Program-made: the position numbers and the translations under genes
Assembly (NCBI RefSeq): GCF_009914755.1
Contig: NC_060943.1
DNA from: the human T2T-CHM13v2.0 reference genome, Homo sapiens
Strand: one strand, 5' to 3'
Length of the DNA stretch: 64,000 nt
Notes under the pieces: generated by a model
Seen by the model: the letters and a program-made list of their open reading frames with translations, nothing else
Databases searched by the model: none
What the model was told of the DNA's origin: nothing
In this document: piece after piece, positions 1 to 13,193 of the stretch
How the letters are laid out: each line of letters starts with the position of its first letter
How positions within the stretch are numbered: the stretch's first letter is position 1

Positions 1-1452
1 TGAGATGTGTCGGGAGGCAGCTGCGGTGCCAGTCAGACTGGAGCGGTCACTGCAGAGAAAATCAATTCACGTGGTGTTGTAACTGCACTCTTGGAGAAAC
101 CTTAGACGGCCCGCAGCCAGCGCCGGGGCTGACCGGCACTGCAGAGGATTGAGATCTTAAATGCGCATTTTTACAAAATACACAGCCAAATGAAATCAAT
201 GATCAGGAAGTGTCTGCAGACAAATGTCCATTGCAGGTTTGATGAGTAATTCCTTTTTTTAGATCAAATTGTTCTCGGTAGCCTTTTCTTCTTTTTTAAA
301 AAAAAATTTTGGATGAAGAAGGAAGTTGCTATTAAAAAAAAGTAGGGTACATTATATAAAATGTTGTTAGAAAAACTAGCTAACCCCATCCATAGAAGAT
401 GCTGGTGAGCAATTAAAATTTAGGTAATAATAGAAAGATTTTTTTACTATGATTTTTAAAATTTTACTTGAATGAAGGCTGCTCCGGTCCTTATTATCGG
501 ATTTTTTTTCATGTGTTGGTTTTTATAAGTGTCACAGACATGAAGCAAGATTTTCTTCTCCAGCAAGCTCTTATGAAATAGCTTGTATTAAAATATGAAT
601 CTAAACATCGTGCTCTCTATCTCTAATGACGAAAACTGTTTGAGTTAAAAATGTCTGTTTTTGTAAAACAAATGTGTTCTATATTTTTGTAGATTTTAGA
701 TTTTCTACTGATTGGATACTCCAAATTTATCAAGTTCTGCACCACACAGAAGGAGATTTTGAGTGTCAATAATGAAACACTTAACTCATTAAAAAAATGA
801 TTTAAGAAGACTAGTTAAAGGTTTATTCTTGAATCTGCTAGCATGGTGTAAAGTTGAGCCTTTTAACATACTTCCTTTGAGTGACATGAAATTGGTGCTG
901 TTGCTTGTGGTGGTAGAGAAGTATGAAAGTATTAACTTCTTCTAAAACAAAATCATTCAGACTTAAAAAAAAAAAAAAGGTCAATATTTCCTTGCAGGCT
1001 GGGAGCACAGATTAAACCCCAGGGCCTTAAAAACTTCAGCTCTGCCTACAGCAGTTTACAAAAATACTAAACTGCAATCAATGTAAATAAAATTCTTAGT
1101 GCTATCCTGAGACCAGAAAGAATCTCAGGCTAATAAGGAATCCGGTTTGCATATGCTGTCAAAAGGGTGTCATCTAACCGAGGTTTCAGTGTAAATGAGG
1201 TCGCTGTGCAACTTGGACCCATCTGGCATAGAGCAAGCTGCTTTCTTGTTTTTCTAGTATAGTTCTCACTGCCTTACTTAAATCGAGTTGATAAACTTAA
1301 TGCAACTGTTTCTATGATCCTAGAGAAAGGACTGAAATGTTATTGAAAACTTTCCGACTGTAGTAAGCTTTAGGATTTTGACTGCACTACTGTGTTTGGT
1401 GACTGTGCCAGTCCCTTGCTTTCTGTGTTTGCTCTGCCTTTGGTATCTTAGC

Positions 1453-1520
1453 AAAGAAAAATAAAAAAAGAAAAAAAAACATAAAAAAAAAAGAAAAAAG
1501 AAAAAAAAGAGGAAAAAAAA
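1453..1520 (+). repeat. A-rich low-complexity tract within the UTR
   Basis: ~68 nt almost entirely A with interspersed G/C/T. Confidence 0.9.
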
Positions 1521-2101
1521 GTGGGGGAAAAAATGAGAGCCACATTCCATTTCTAGCACTTTGGGAGCTCTTTCAGTATTTTTTTGTGTCTTTTCAGCAT
1601 CCTCAGATGCGACAGGCAATAATTCTGTTTGTGACACTGGGAACATCCCCTCTTCTTTGTGGTGTGTGTTGATTCCATTTTGTCCAGTGCTGCTGTCCTT
1701 CCTCCCCCTCTGACACAGGCCTTCTTTCCAGAACATTTGTAACTTGTAATACAAACAAGTGACAGCCACAGTGATGCAGCGTCAGTTTCTGAATGTCATC
1801 AGGTTCTCATATCTAAACATGTCAAGTTTTTTCCCTGTAACTTCTGTAGTCTGTGATGCTGGTCATAATACTGTCTACATTCCTACGCAAAGAAAAAAAA
1901 ATCTATCTTGGAGGAAATCTGAGATCAATAGGAGTAGAGGATTTTGTTGCTATGCTTGTAACAAGTAGAAAACTTTGTATTTAAAGTTTATTCTTGGTCA
2001 TTATTTATTATTATAATACATCAGTTGACAGAACTTTATTCTGGTATAGAAAGTATTAAAAGTTGTTTTTTCAGCAATGACTGTTTTCTTTCTGCTGTTA
2101 G

Positions 2102-2153
2102 AATAAAATGTCTTTGAAGCAGCCCAGTTTTATCCAGTGTTTTACGCAATAAA
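2102..2153 (+). terminator. Tandem polyadenylation signals AATAAA (2102-2107, 2148-2153)
   Basis: Two canonical hexamers 46 nt apart, with upstream TGTA motifs and downstream T/GT-rich tracts (2183-2205). Confidence 0.7.
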
Positions 2154-2290
2154 ACCTCTACCTCTGGGAAAAAAAATCACATCTTTTCCTACTCGCTTAT
2201 GTTTACTAGGAGGAGTAAAACATATTTTTGCAGGTTTGTCAGACTTTGGCAAGACGTTGTCAAACTCCATGTATAAAAAGCCCTGTACTG

Positions 2291-2774
<484 letters not shown>

Positions 2775-2811
2775 TCAACCTCTATGCCGCATACATAGTG
2801 TGTGAGTGGGG

Positions 2812-2812
<1 letters not shown>

Positions 2813-2840
<28 letters not shown>
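2813..2840 (+). repeat. (TG)14 microsatellite
   Basis: Direct read. Confidence 0.97.
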
Positions 2841-2842
<2 letters not shown>

Positions 2843-3821
2843 CATGCATATGTGAACTATGCTTCTTTAAATGTTTGCAGACATGTGGTTCAGTAAGGTA
2901 AAGTCTATGGAAATACTAATGCTCTTCATATTACAGTAATTATATAAGGCACTTAGAGCATTGGGATCTATTATTTTCCTTTACTGGTAGAAAGTCTTTT
3001 TTTTTTAAGTCATTAAATGCAAGGGAGTCTTTTACGTCCATATTATTGGAGGATAATCGGAATTCTTCCTCTAGAAGAAAAGGAAAAGAGCAAAGGATGA
3101 CAAAGTGTCTGGTAGCAGGGGCTACTGTGAACGCAGAGCTCCGACACGGAGTTGAGAGGGTTTGAAGTGCGTGCTCAACCCAGGATGTGAAGAGCTTCTT
3201 TTTGATTTGTTTTGTTGTTTTATTTTGGTCTCAAAACAAGCTAGGATAGTGCATATTCTATATCCAGATAGTTCTGGAATATGGAGGGCCCACTGAAATG
3301 TCACAAGCAAAGACAGCTGCCAAATTGTATAGAAATTTGTCTGTTTACCATGTTTCTTTCAGGGTGTGAGACTGTGTCCTTGGGTGGGAGCAGATGACTT
3401 AAACGGAATCATCGTCAGTTCTAACCGTCTGCTGTTATGAATATCAAAGGTGAGTTAAGGGGTTGTAGTGAGGAGGTCAGGAAGTAAACCCATGAGGGAG
3501 AGAAGACTGGAATGCAGAAGGTTGAGTTAGGGATTCTAACATCTACCCACACCACGTCCATGATGCAGCTCAAACCCACCAGAGCCACACAAGACACCAG
3601 AGTGGCGAGAGGAGAGTTGGAACAATCAGGGCTTAAGTGGGTTGCACAGCACGCCACTCTGATGGGAGGGGGTGCCGTGAGATCTCAGTAACTGCACATC
3701 ATTGCCAAGAGGAAGGTGACATTAAATTTTCTGAGTTTTCAAGGTGTACTGGACACCTGGATTTTGTATTAAGTCTTCCAGTTTTTCCCTGTTGGCTCAA
3801 AATTTATTTTTAAAAACCACG

Positions 3822-4243
3822 TATGAATGAATGAACAGAATGTGTTACCACCAAAGAATGGAATATTATTCTGCCATAGAAAAGAACCTGAGATGTGGTA
3901 CAACATGGATGAACCTAGAAAACAGTGAGAGAAGCCAATTACAAAAGGTTGCATATGATAGAATTCCATTTACATGAAATGTCTAGAATAGTCAAATCCA
4001 CAGAGACAAAAGTGGATTAGTGCTTACCAGGGATGAGGGGGAGGAGAGAATGAACAGTGACAGCTAATGAGTATGAGGTTTCTTTTTGAGGTGGTAAAAG
4101 TGTCCTAAAATTAGATAGTTATGGTGGCTGTCCTTGGTGTCACTTGGTGTATATGCTAAAAAACACTAAATCGTGCACTTTAAAAGAGTGAATTTTATAG
4201 TATGTGAATTATATCTCAATTAAGCTCTTACAAAAAATAAAAC
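3822..4243 (+). mobile_element. Old L1 (L1MB-type) 3' end fragment
   Basis: ATGGAATATTATTCTGCCATAGAAAAG...ATTCCATTTACATGAAATGTCTAGAATAG...GTATGTGAATTATATCTCAAT matches the L1MB 3' UTR. Confidence 0.88.
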
Positions 4244-4427
4244 TGTGAGTAGGAGGCATTTTTAAGAGGTAACAATATATATTTCCATCAATACATTGCT
4301 GAGTTCTCATACAGCCATAGATAATTGACAGATTAGTATAGTACAAATAATATAAAATTTGGGGTGTAATGGCTTAAATTTGAACCCTAGCTTTATTACT
4401 TACTGGATGCATGATGGTCTTGAACAA

Positions 4428-4706
4428 TTTTTTTTTTGAGACAGTGTCTCACTCTGTCACCCAGGCTGGAGTGCTGTCGCACCATCACAGCCCTCTGAAG
4501 CCTTGAACTCTAAGGCTTAACCAATCCTTTCGCCTCAGCCTCCTGAGTAGCTGGGACCACGGGTGCATGCCACCATGCCCAGTTAGTTTTTAAATTTTTA
4601 TCGAGATGAGGTCTTGCTATGTTGCCCACTCTGGTCTTGAAATCCTGTGCTCAAAGGATCCTCCTGCCTCTGCCTCCCAAAGTGCTGGGATTATAGGCGT
4701 AAGCCA
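4428..4706 (-). mobile_element. AluJ-type inserted into a MIR (MIR ~4370-4830)
   Basis: Poly-T followed by reverse Alu; flanking TSD TCTTGAACAATTT / TCTTGAGCAATTT; MIR-like sequence on both sides. Confidence 0.9.
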
Positions 4707-4974
4707 ATCTTGAGCAATTTAACTCTTCTCAGCTCATTGATAGTATCTGTAAAATTATGACAATTAAGTGCTGTACATAGGGAAATCATATGCACATTTC
4801 GTGAAGTACTCTACAAATGCTAGGTATTGTGATCATTGTGGCATAATGAATTATGGATGAATTTAAGATTAATGTCACATGCACAAAAAGCTAGACCTTG
4901 ATAAAATCCCCATGCTTTGTAAAGGTCCCCTCATGGTCAGGTGGCTGGGATTCCCCACGTCCATCCCCTTCAGA

Positions 4975-5590
4975 AAAGATGACCCTAGACAAAGATCTTC
5001 AACTGCTGTTTTCTAATTTCCTCATTTGAAAAATCTGAGTATTAACAACTCTCTTGTCACTCACAGGGGTAGTAGCAAGGTGGCTGGTGAAAAGGGATGG
5101 ATGCAATGGGAAAAAGATTAGTCTCAGTGGTAGATGTTATTCCACTCACTTGTTTAACACATATTTACAGAAGACCTACTGTGTTCTAGGCATTGGGTCA
5201 CGGGCCAGAGAGAGATATATTGGTAAGTTAGGGATCATGTCCAGAGATCACTGTCTTAAGGGGAAAACAGATTTTGATTTCATAATCACACAAATAAATA
5301 TAAACTGTCTGGAAGAGGAGATTCAAGGAGAACAGTAATTCCCCATGCGATGGAAGCTGATGATTTGCTGAGGGATGCAGGAGGGAGGGCCAGGCAGTGG
5401 AAGCAGTGCAAAGCCAATGTTCAGTGCAGACAGGACTCTCAAGTCCTGTCTTGGCCTCTCAGGAGCTGTGTGGCCCTGCTAGATCGTTCCATTTCCCTAA
5501 ATCGGCTGCTCCTCTATAAAGTGGAACATCGCAGTGCCAACAGCAAAGACTCTTTCTGAGGTTAAATGAGATAGTACATGTAACAGCTAT
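4975..5590. mobile_element. MIR / L2 / MIR fragment cluster
   Basis: TTTCCTCATTTGAAAAAT (MIR core), reverse L2 3' end ACATATTTACAGAAGACCTACTGTGTTCTAGGCA, and MIR GAGGTTAAATGAGATAG. Confidence 0.6.
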
Positions 5591-5896
5591 GGAGAGAACA
5601 AGCTAGACACTGCCATATTCAAAGGACAGTTCTCAAAAGTGACAGTGTCTGGAAACCCATGAGGACACGGAAATGGCGATGCCTGCTGCAGACCATGGCT
5701 TTCTCATCCTCATCGCCAAGGGCCAACATAGTGTGAGCCACATGACTTCTGCAGCACGTTACCTCTCACATCCCGATGCCTCATGCCCTTAGGAAGGAGT
5801 GGGTGAAAGTGTCCTGGGGCCAATTCAGGGTCTCTATGGCTCTGTCCATGGGCGTGGCCACCCTGAAGCAGCATAGTTTGCTGGAAGTGTTTCTAG

Positions 5897-6003
5897 AGGG
5901 TGATCAACCATCCTGGTTTCCCTGGGACTGAGGGGTTTCCCAGGACATAGTAATTTTAGTGCTAAAACCAGGGTAGTCCTGGACAAACACAAATATTCCC
6001 CCT
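5897..6003 (-). mobile_element. MER94-like hAT DNA transposon relic
   Basis: Starts AGGGTGATCAACCATCCTGGTTT...GGGACTGAGGGGTTTCCCAGGAC...AGTGCTAAAACCAGG, resembling the recalled MER94 consensus. Confidence 0.7.
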
Positions 6004-8144
6004 AGGTCTAAGCTGGCTTCCTTTAAAAGCACGTGTCTTGTTTTGGCCAAGCCGAGGTTATGGCTGTCCCTGAGCTGGGAGGCCAGTGTGAGGCCCGGTG
6101 TGAAGGGGAAGCCATGGCTCCAGGGGGCCCATAGTATGGGCTTTGGCACTGGGAGACTTGGATTCAAAGCTTTCCTGCCACAGCATCTTTACCACAAAGA
6201 TGAAAGTGACACAGTACCCAAAATACTTAGCGTGGCACCTGGCACGTGGGCATTATTTTATCCATTCTCATTGAGTGACTGAATGAATCTTTGTTCCTCC
6301 TTCTTACCCAGGTGGGAAATGGCTCAAATATGAATTTCTTTTCCTAGCAGCTAGAAGCTTCTGAGCTGCCGATATCTGGCATTAAGATGCTCTTTTGTGC
6401 TGAAACTTTTATAAAGACGATAACCCTGCTGTCTCCTGTAGTTTGGGATTTGCGCACTTCCCCCTCTCTGTTTAACATCTGTATTGTAACAGTATATTAC
6501 GAAAACCTCACCTGGTGTATTGTAAGCACAATCCCAAGGAAATTAGTATTAAATATTGTGATCTTCATTTCAAGATAGAAGGGCTGGGCACGTTCCACCA
6601 AACTGGAGGTATGTTTCCATAGGGAAGGAGAAAAATTCATGGTGTAATACAATATTAAAAATGTCACCCAGCTGAGCATTCCATGTAGAAGCTTGTGTAG
6701 AGTTTTAATCTCTTCACCTGTTGGTGCTAAGAGAAAAGAGAGAGTTGGGGTGGGGGAGGGAGACCGGGAGGGAGAGGAAGGGCTTATGAGAACAGGGAAA
6801 TCACAAGCAAAGAGGAGGGGGAAAATTTAAATGATCCCAGACCAAACTGTTTTGCTGTTAATACAGAAATACAGTGCAAGACACATTTAATGGGCTCTAT
6901 TTTTTATTATACTATGCTGAATAATTAACTTTGAGGCTAAGTGTCACATGGATTTATCTTTTAATTAAAAAAGCATGGTTCACGCATATTTGAGTGGTAG
7001 TCCAAATAAATGCAATATAGAAATTTATGTTTGTTTATCTAGGTGTTAATTACCTAGAGATTGTCCTGGATTACTTCTTTTTATAAAGTGTCATAGGCTC
7101 GTGTCAGAACGAATAAAGCTTGGCCGTGGAACCTTATCAATTTGCTAACTATAGTGCCGGTCTGACCTGAGCAGGGAGGGCAGGGGAAAACTTTGGGGCT
7201 TGTTATGTATACACACGCCCGCATTCAACCCACAGCAAATAAAATAGTTGTTTTAGAAAATATTCCTAGGACATAAAGGCACAAATATATCTTCATTGTT
7301 TTACAGCCTCTTGTCCACAGCTATTTATAAAACATGTGATTATTTATGCGTTGGGTTATGAGAAGTTCGCTGGGAGAGGCTGTGAAGGAGGCTCTATCAA
7401 TCCAGTTACCTGGTGCCCTGGAGAGGTGGAGGGAGGGCTTCCCAGTGGAAACTGGGCTGGGACAGGAAGTTGGCTACTGTGATTTGTCTAACATGTGTCA
7501 ACCTCCCGGCTGCTCCCAGAAAAGCCAGACAGAGGGATGACAAAGTTGAGGGTTAGAGGTCACATTAAAAAAAAAAAATCATGAATGCACACTGAGAAAG
7601 TGAAACCAGAAGCCCCTAAAAATTGTTCATCATACCTTGAGGCAGCCCCTGCCTTTTTCTTTGTTTACAAAGTGATTTTGGGGTGGCAGTTTCAGTTAAA
7701 TGGTTTGGAAGAAACCGAGGGTTTTGGCCAAAAGGTTCTACTTTAAAGAAATAGATTTTGTAAGGGCAAGAAGAATTCCAGACAGAGCTGGGAGTGTCTA
7801 AGTTGGGTGCCCGCTTTTGTTGGGGAAGTTTGTTTCCCTTGGGTTTTCTGCCTTGCTTGTCTTCTTTTTCCTACGCACCACACCTCCATTTTTGGCAATC
7901 AGATACCAGAAAATCAATACAAGTAACTGCGGGTCCCTGTGGGCTGCACCCGGCTGGATGGACTGTTCTCCTGGGGTTCAGGAAAGCCTAGGGGAGACAG
8001 GCACTGGTATTCAACTGTGCTCGCTTCTCTCCAGCTGGAGCCGAGGGGAGCCATCGAGACCCCTAAACAGCAAACTCTCCTACCGTGGAAGCTCTCTGCT
8101 GGGTAGGGTTTCATTTTCATTTTGTGTTTCCTTCCTCTTGGAGC

Positions 8145-8515
8145 CCGTGCGGGCTGGTGGGGCGGCTCACTGTCAGCTCCGTGATCCCGCGCTTGGCCGC
8201 GCGCCTGGAGAGGTGCGCCCGGGCCAGGAGCAGAGCAGGGCGCGGCGCCAGGCGGGGGCGCCCGGGGCCTGCGTGTCGTCGCGGGTGGGGGCGGGTGTCC
8301 TCGGGCGCGCACCCGCTGCGGCCTCCGGCTCTGGACCAGCCCGGTGGCTCCAAGGGATCAAAGCGAAAAACAGCTTTGGCCGCAAAGGGAGAACGCCCTG
8401 AGCCAGCTCGTCCCTAAGGACTCGTCTTTTGGCGAGGAAGGGGACGCCTAGGCCCGTATGGGGCGCGCTGTGGCCTGGGCCACCGCCGAGGGCGCGTGGG
8501 TCCTGCGCGGCGCCT
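8145..8515. promoter_or_regulatory. CpG island (orphan; candidate promoter/enhancer)
   Basis: About 46 CpGs in ~370 bp by hand count, very GC-rich, not repeat-derived; GC/KLF-SP box GGGTGGGGGCGGG at 8283-8295. Confidence 0.88.
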
Positions 8516-9099
8516 GCTGTTCACTGCATTACTCGGACAAGGATCAGAGCCTCTTTATCTTTTAAATTATTAACACTTAACTGTTTTCCTCCCCAAATCG
8601 CTGCCCATTTCCTCCCCAGGATCACTGCCTTTATCAGAAATTGGGCCCGGCAGCACTGGGGCGTGAGGTGGAGGCACCGCTGGGAGGAGCTGGGCAATCT
8701 TTTGTGCTTGAGTCATGCCAGATACTGTGCTGGGTGCTGGGGACGCGGCGAGGACAGGAGAGGAGGGTCCCTGTGTCCTCTTGTGCCCCCTGCCCAGTCA
8801 CAGCAGAATTCAACAAATGAGGCGATTCCAGAGCAGACAGAGCTTTAGAAAGTGGGGGTCAATTAATGCTCAAAGAAGGCCCTTAGTGCTGAGCTCTGAG
8901 AAGCACTTGCTGGCTGCCAGCAGATGCCCCGAAGCCTTGTTCCAAAAGAGAGACCTGAACCAAGAGGGGAGTGGGAGGTCTGGGCTTTAGAGGTGGTCAA
9001 GCAAGGGACCCCACAGGGCTTTGGAAAAGAGGCTATTGGGCTGGAAATGACACAGAAGAGTCCACATGGCCATGTGATATTGGAATATCAGGGTTTTTT

Positions 9100-9735
9100 T
9101 TTTTAATTAATTAAGCTGAAATTCACATAACATAAAATTAACTATTTTAAAGTATACAATTCAGTGGCATTTAGTACATTTTAAGTTCCTATTTTCATTA
9201 CCCCAAAAGAAAACCCCAGGCCAGGTGCGGTGGCTGACGCCTGTAATTCCAGCACTTTGGGAGGCCGAGTCAGGCGGATCACTTGAGGTCAGGAGTTCAA
9301 AACCAGCCTGACCAACATGGTGAAACCCCGTCTTTTTTAAAAATATAAAAAACTTAGCTGGGCGTTGTGGTGGGCACCTCTAATCCCAGATACTCAAGAG
9401 TCTGAGGCAGGAGAATCGCTTGAACCCTGGAGGCAGAGGTTGCAGAGATCACATCACTGCACTCCAGCCTGGGTGACAGAGTGAGACTCCGTCTCAGAAA
9501 AATATTTGAAAAGAAAGGAAAACCCCAAACCTGTTCAGCAGTTATTCCCCATTCCCCACTTCTCCCCAGCCCCTGGCAGCCACCACCCAGCTTTCTGTCT
9601 GTACAGATTTACTGATTCTGGATATTTTATATATGTGGCATCCTACATTATGTGACCTTCTGTGTCTGGCTTCTTTCACTCAGCATCATGTTTTTGTGGT
9701 CCAGCCACTTGGTAGCATGTATCAGAATGGCATTC
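9100..9735 (-). mobile_element. Old L1 (L1MB/ME) 3' end fragment interrupted by an Alu
   Basis: AAATTCACATAACATAAAATT...TACAATTCAGTGGCATTTAGTACATT...CCCCAGCCCCTGGCAGCCAC...TGTGTCTGGCTTCTTTCACTCAGCAT. Confidence 0.85.
9219..9513 (+). mobile_element. AluS
   Basis: Full dimer; TSD AAAAGAAAACCCCA (9205-9218) / AAAGGAAAACCCCA (9514-9527). Confidence 0.95.
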
Positions 9736-9740
9736 CTTTT

Positions 9741-10350
<610 letters not shown>

Positions 10351-10426
10351 AAAATTCCCAGCACAATTTTCTTTGATAATAATCACTAGATTTTTATGGG
10401 AATGTTGTTAGCTTAAAAAAAAAATG

Positions 10427-10744
<318 letters not shown>

Positions 10745-12389
10745 TCAGAAAAGTGACCCCCAACAAAGAGTAATATTGACTAGACTCCACAGCAGACCGG
10801 CAGTGTTTTGGAGAACTTAGGCGTGGTCCCGTTTGCCTTTAGTATGGGCTGTGTCTGCATGTGGAGGGAAGGCCTGGCAAAGCAAGACTGACGGCCCCCT
10901 TCGCGCCAGGATTGTCTAAGACCAGCTCCCTACAGAGGGACTTGTGGCTGCAAATGGGAAACTTGGATCCAGTCCAAATCTACTCTACGAGGCACATCCC
11001 TCCTTCTCTCTGCACTTCAGTTTCCTCATCTATAAGAGAAGCTGTGAGCATCTGCAGCACAGGCTTACTGCGGGCAGCAAGTAAGACCATGGAAAAGTGC
11101 TTTCCAATTGGAAATGCCCCCACACAATCGTTAATGTTTAAAAAACCTTGTGCACCCTGCCCATGCCCAGTTGTGGGCAGGGATAACAGAGCCAGCGGCT
11201 TGGCCAGGGTCTGCTGCAGCCACCCCAGGTCCCTCTCCCAACCCATTGACCCTGGCCACCCTCCAGCCTGCGAGCCTGGGGTCAATGCCTCCTCTTAATG
11301 CCTTGCCATTTCTTAGTTTGCTGACTGGGGTGATTTTCGGTGAGGTCCACATAAATACTTCAAAAATAATTCATGATGAAGAGGAACGCTTCTGGAATGG
11401 ATGATGGCACGACAAATTAAACGCTTTGTAGGGCCAAGCGTAAATTATTTTAATGCATGTAATAGATCCGCCCAGGGAGACTTGAGCCCCTCTCGGTCAT
11501 GCCTCTGTGCCCCCAGGGCCTGGAGGGTGGTGGGAGCAGGTGGCTGGGAGCCTGTTCTGCTGGGGTGTGAATCATTTCCTTCTCCAAAGACCTATTCCCC
11601 CAGCACTTAGGTCCTCCTAACCTGAGGAGAGAATGGGAATGTGTCGATGTCTGGCCAGGCGGAGGCAGGAACCAGGAGACAGATGAGGCAGTGTAAGAGC
11701 ATTTGTTAGCCATGACGACGGCCTGACCCACACCCTGCCTTCCATTCATTGTCTGCCCCTCTGGAGGGGGAGTGAGGAATGCTGCTGTGTGGCACCAGAC
11801 ATTTAAAATATTTTGTTTCCCTTGAAAATGTTTGGCAGCAAGACTAATGTCCCAGTTGAGGCCATCAACAAGCCATGTTTTACATTTGGACTTATTTTAT
11901 GGGAGTGCGGGAAGGAAAGAGAGGCGATTATGTCCGACAAACCCATTCCACAGAAGAGAATGCTGAGAGCCCAGAAAAGCTCAAGATGTTGAGTTTCCAG
12001 ACATAGAAAATAAACACACTTGTTATATCAAAAAGGCTATCTATGTAATATTCACCAAATGATATCTAAAGATTGTTGTGGTGGTTCCATAAATACTGAA
12101 GTAGGCTTGTAATCCCAGAGGAAAGAATTCATTGATTCCAGAATGTGCTCCCGTGACCCCCATGGTCAGGCAGAGCATGGGAATAGTGCTTGTGGTTGTT
12201 GATCAGTTATCGCATATCTGGAGAGAAGCTTTCGTTCACTCAACATTTAATGACCATGCGCTAGTTCCGGGGTCGTGTGCAGGGCATTGGAGGTACAACA
12301 GGAGCAATGCATGGGCCCTGCTCTCAGGAAACTCATGACTGCTTGATGACCTCAGGAAAGACTCAAGTCAGAAATGCTGCAGTAACTTT

Positions 12390-12676
12390 GGCCAGGCACC
12401 GTGGCTCATACCTGTAATCCCAGCATTTTGGGAGGCCGAGTTGGGCAGATCACCTGAGGTCAGGAGTTCGAGACCAGGCTGGCCAACAGGGCGAAACTCC
12501 ATCTCTACAAAAATACAAAAATTAGCAGGGTGTGGTGGCACATGCCTGTAATGCTAGCTGCTCGGGAGGTGGGGGCATGAGAATGAGAATCACTTGAATC
12601 CAGAAGGCAGAGGTTGTAGTGAGCTGAGATGGCACCACTGCACTCCAGCCTGGGTGACAGAGTGAGACTCTGTCTC
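12390..12676 (+). mobile_element. AluS
   Basis: Full dimer; probable TSD GCTGCAGTAAC (12376-12386) / GCTACAGTAAC (12803-12813) beyond the expanded tail. Confidence 0.95.
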
Positions 12677-12707
12677 AAAAAGAAAGAAATAAAAAGAAAG
12701 AAAGAAA

Positions 12708-12761
<54 letters not shown>

Positions 12762-12762
12762 A

Positions 12763-12802
<40 letters not shown>
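12677..12802 (+). repeat. (GAAA)n microsatellite derived from the Alu tail
   Basis: Direct read; interrupted by GAGAGAG. Confidence 0.95.
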
Positions 12803-13193
12803 GCTACAGTAACGCATGCAATGCGAAGCCCTGAATTCTGGGATGAGTCTCCTTCCACAGATTGCTCCTTAATGTCCTGTCCATCTGCATCTGAAATCCC
12901 ACTCTCATGATCCCATCACATGCATCAATGTTGGTGAGATTGCGCATAAGAGTAGTGGGAATGGAACATTTAAAAAGAGCAACCCCTTGCAAGGAAAGTA
13001 TTATGGGTGAGGTAATGGGCCCTGCATGAAGAATAGGATTTGGATGTGAGGGGGTGAGAGAGAGAGAGTACCTGAGAAGGTTCCAGAAGGAAGAGTAAAT
13101 GTGCTCCGGACCAGAGATCCAAAGGTCCCTGGTGGCTTCTGCATCCAGCAAGCAGGCCAGGAAGCCTGGAACCTGAAGCCCAGAATGCGGGGA

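Larger units (their letters stand above)
1..2170 (+). other. Distal part of a long mRNA 3' UTR (terminal exon; coding part lies upstream of the window)
   Basis: No interspersed repeat over ~2.2 kb; AT/U-rich with TGTA elements, ARE nonamer TTATTTATT (2001-2009) and Pumilio-type TGTAAATA (1082-1089); ends in two AATAAA signals followed by T-rich sequence, after which repeats start. Gene identity not established; KLF3 is only an unverified recollection. Confidence 0.75.

Noticed and set aside
1320-1769. 149-aa minus-strand ORF with a poly-Phe stretch
   Set aside because: Artefact of reading the A-rich UTR tract in reverse.
7794-8990. Several overlapping 110-194 aa ORFs on both strands
   Set aside because: Stop-codon scarcity in the GC-rich island; low-complexity Arg/Gly/Ala/Pro peptides with no recognisable domain.
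12505-12910. ORFs with (FLSF)n or (KKER)n repeats
   Set aside because: Translation of the (GAAA)n Alu tail.
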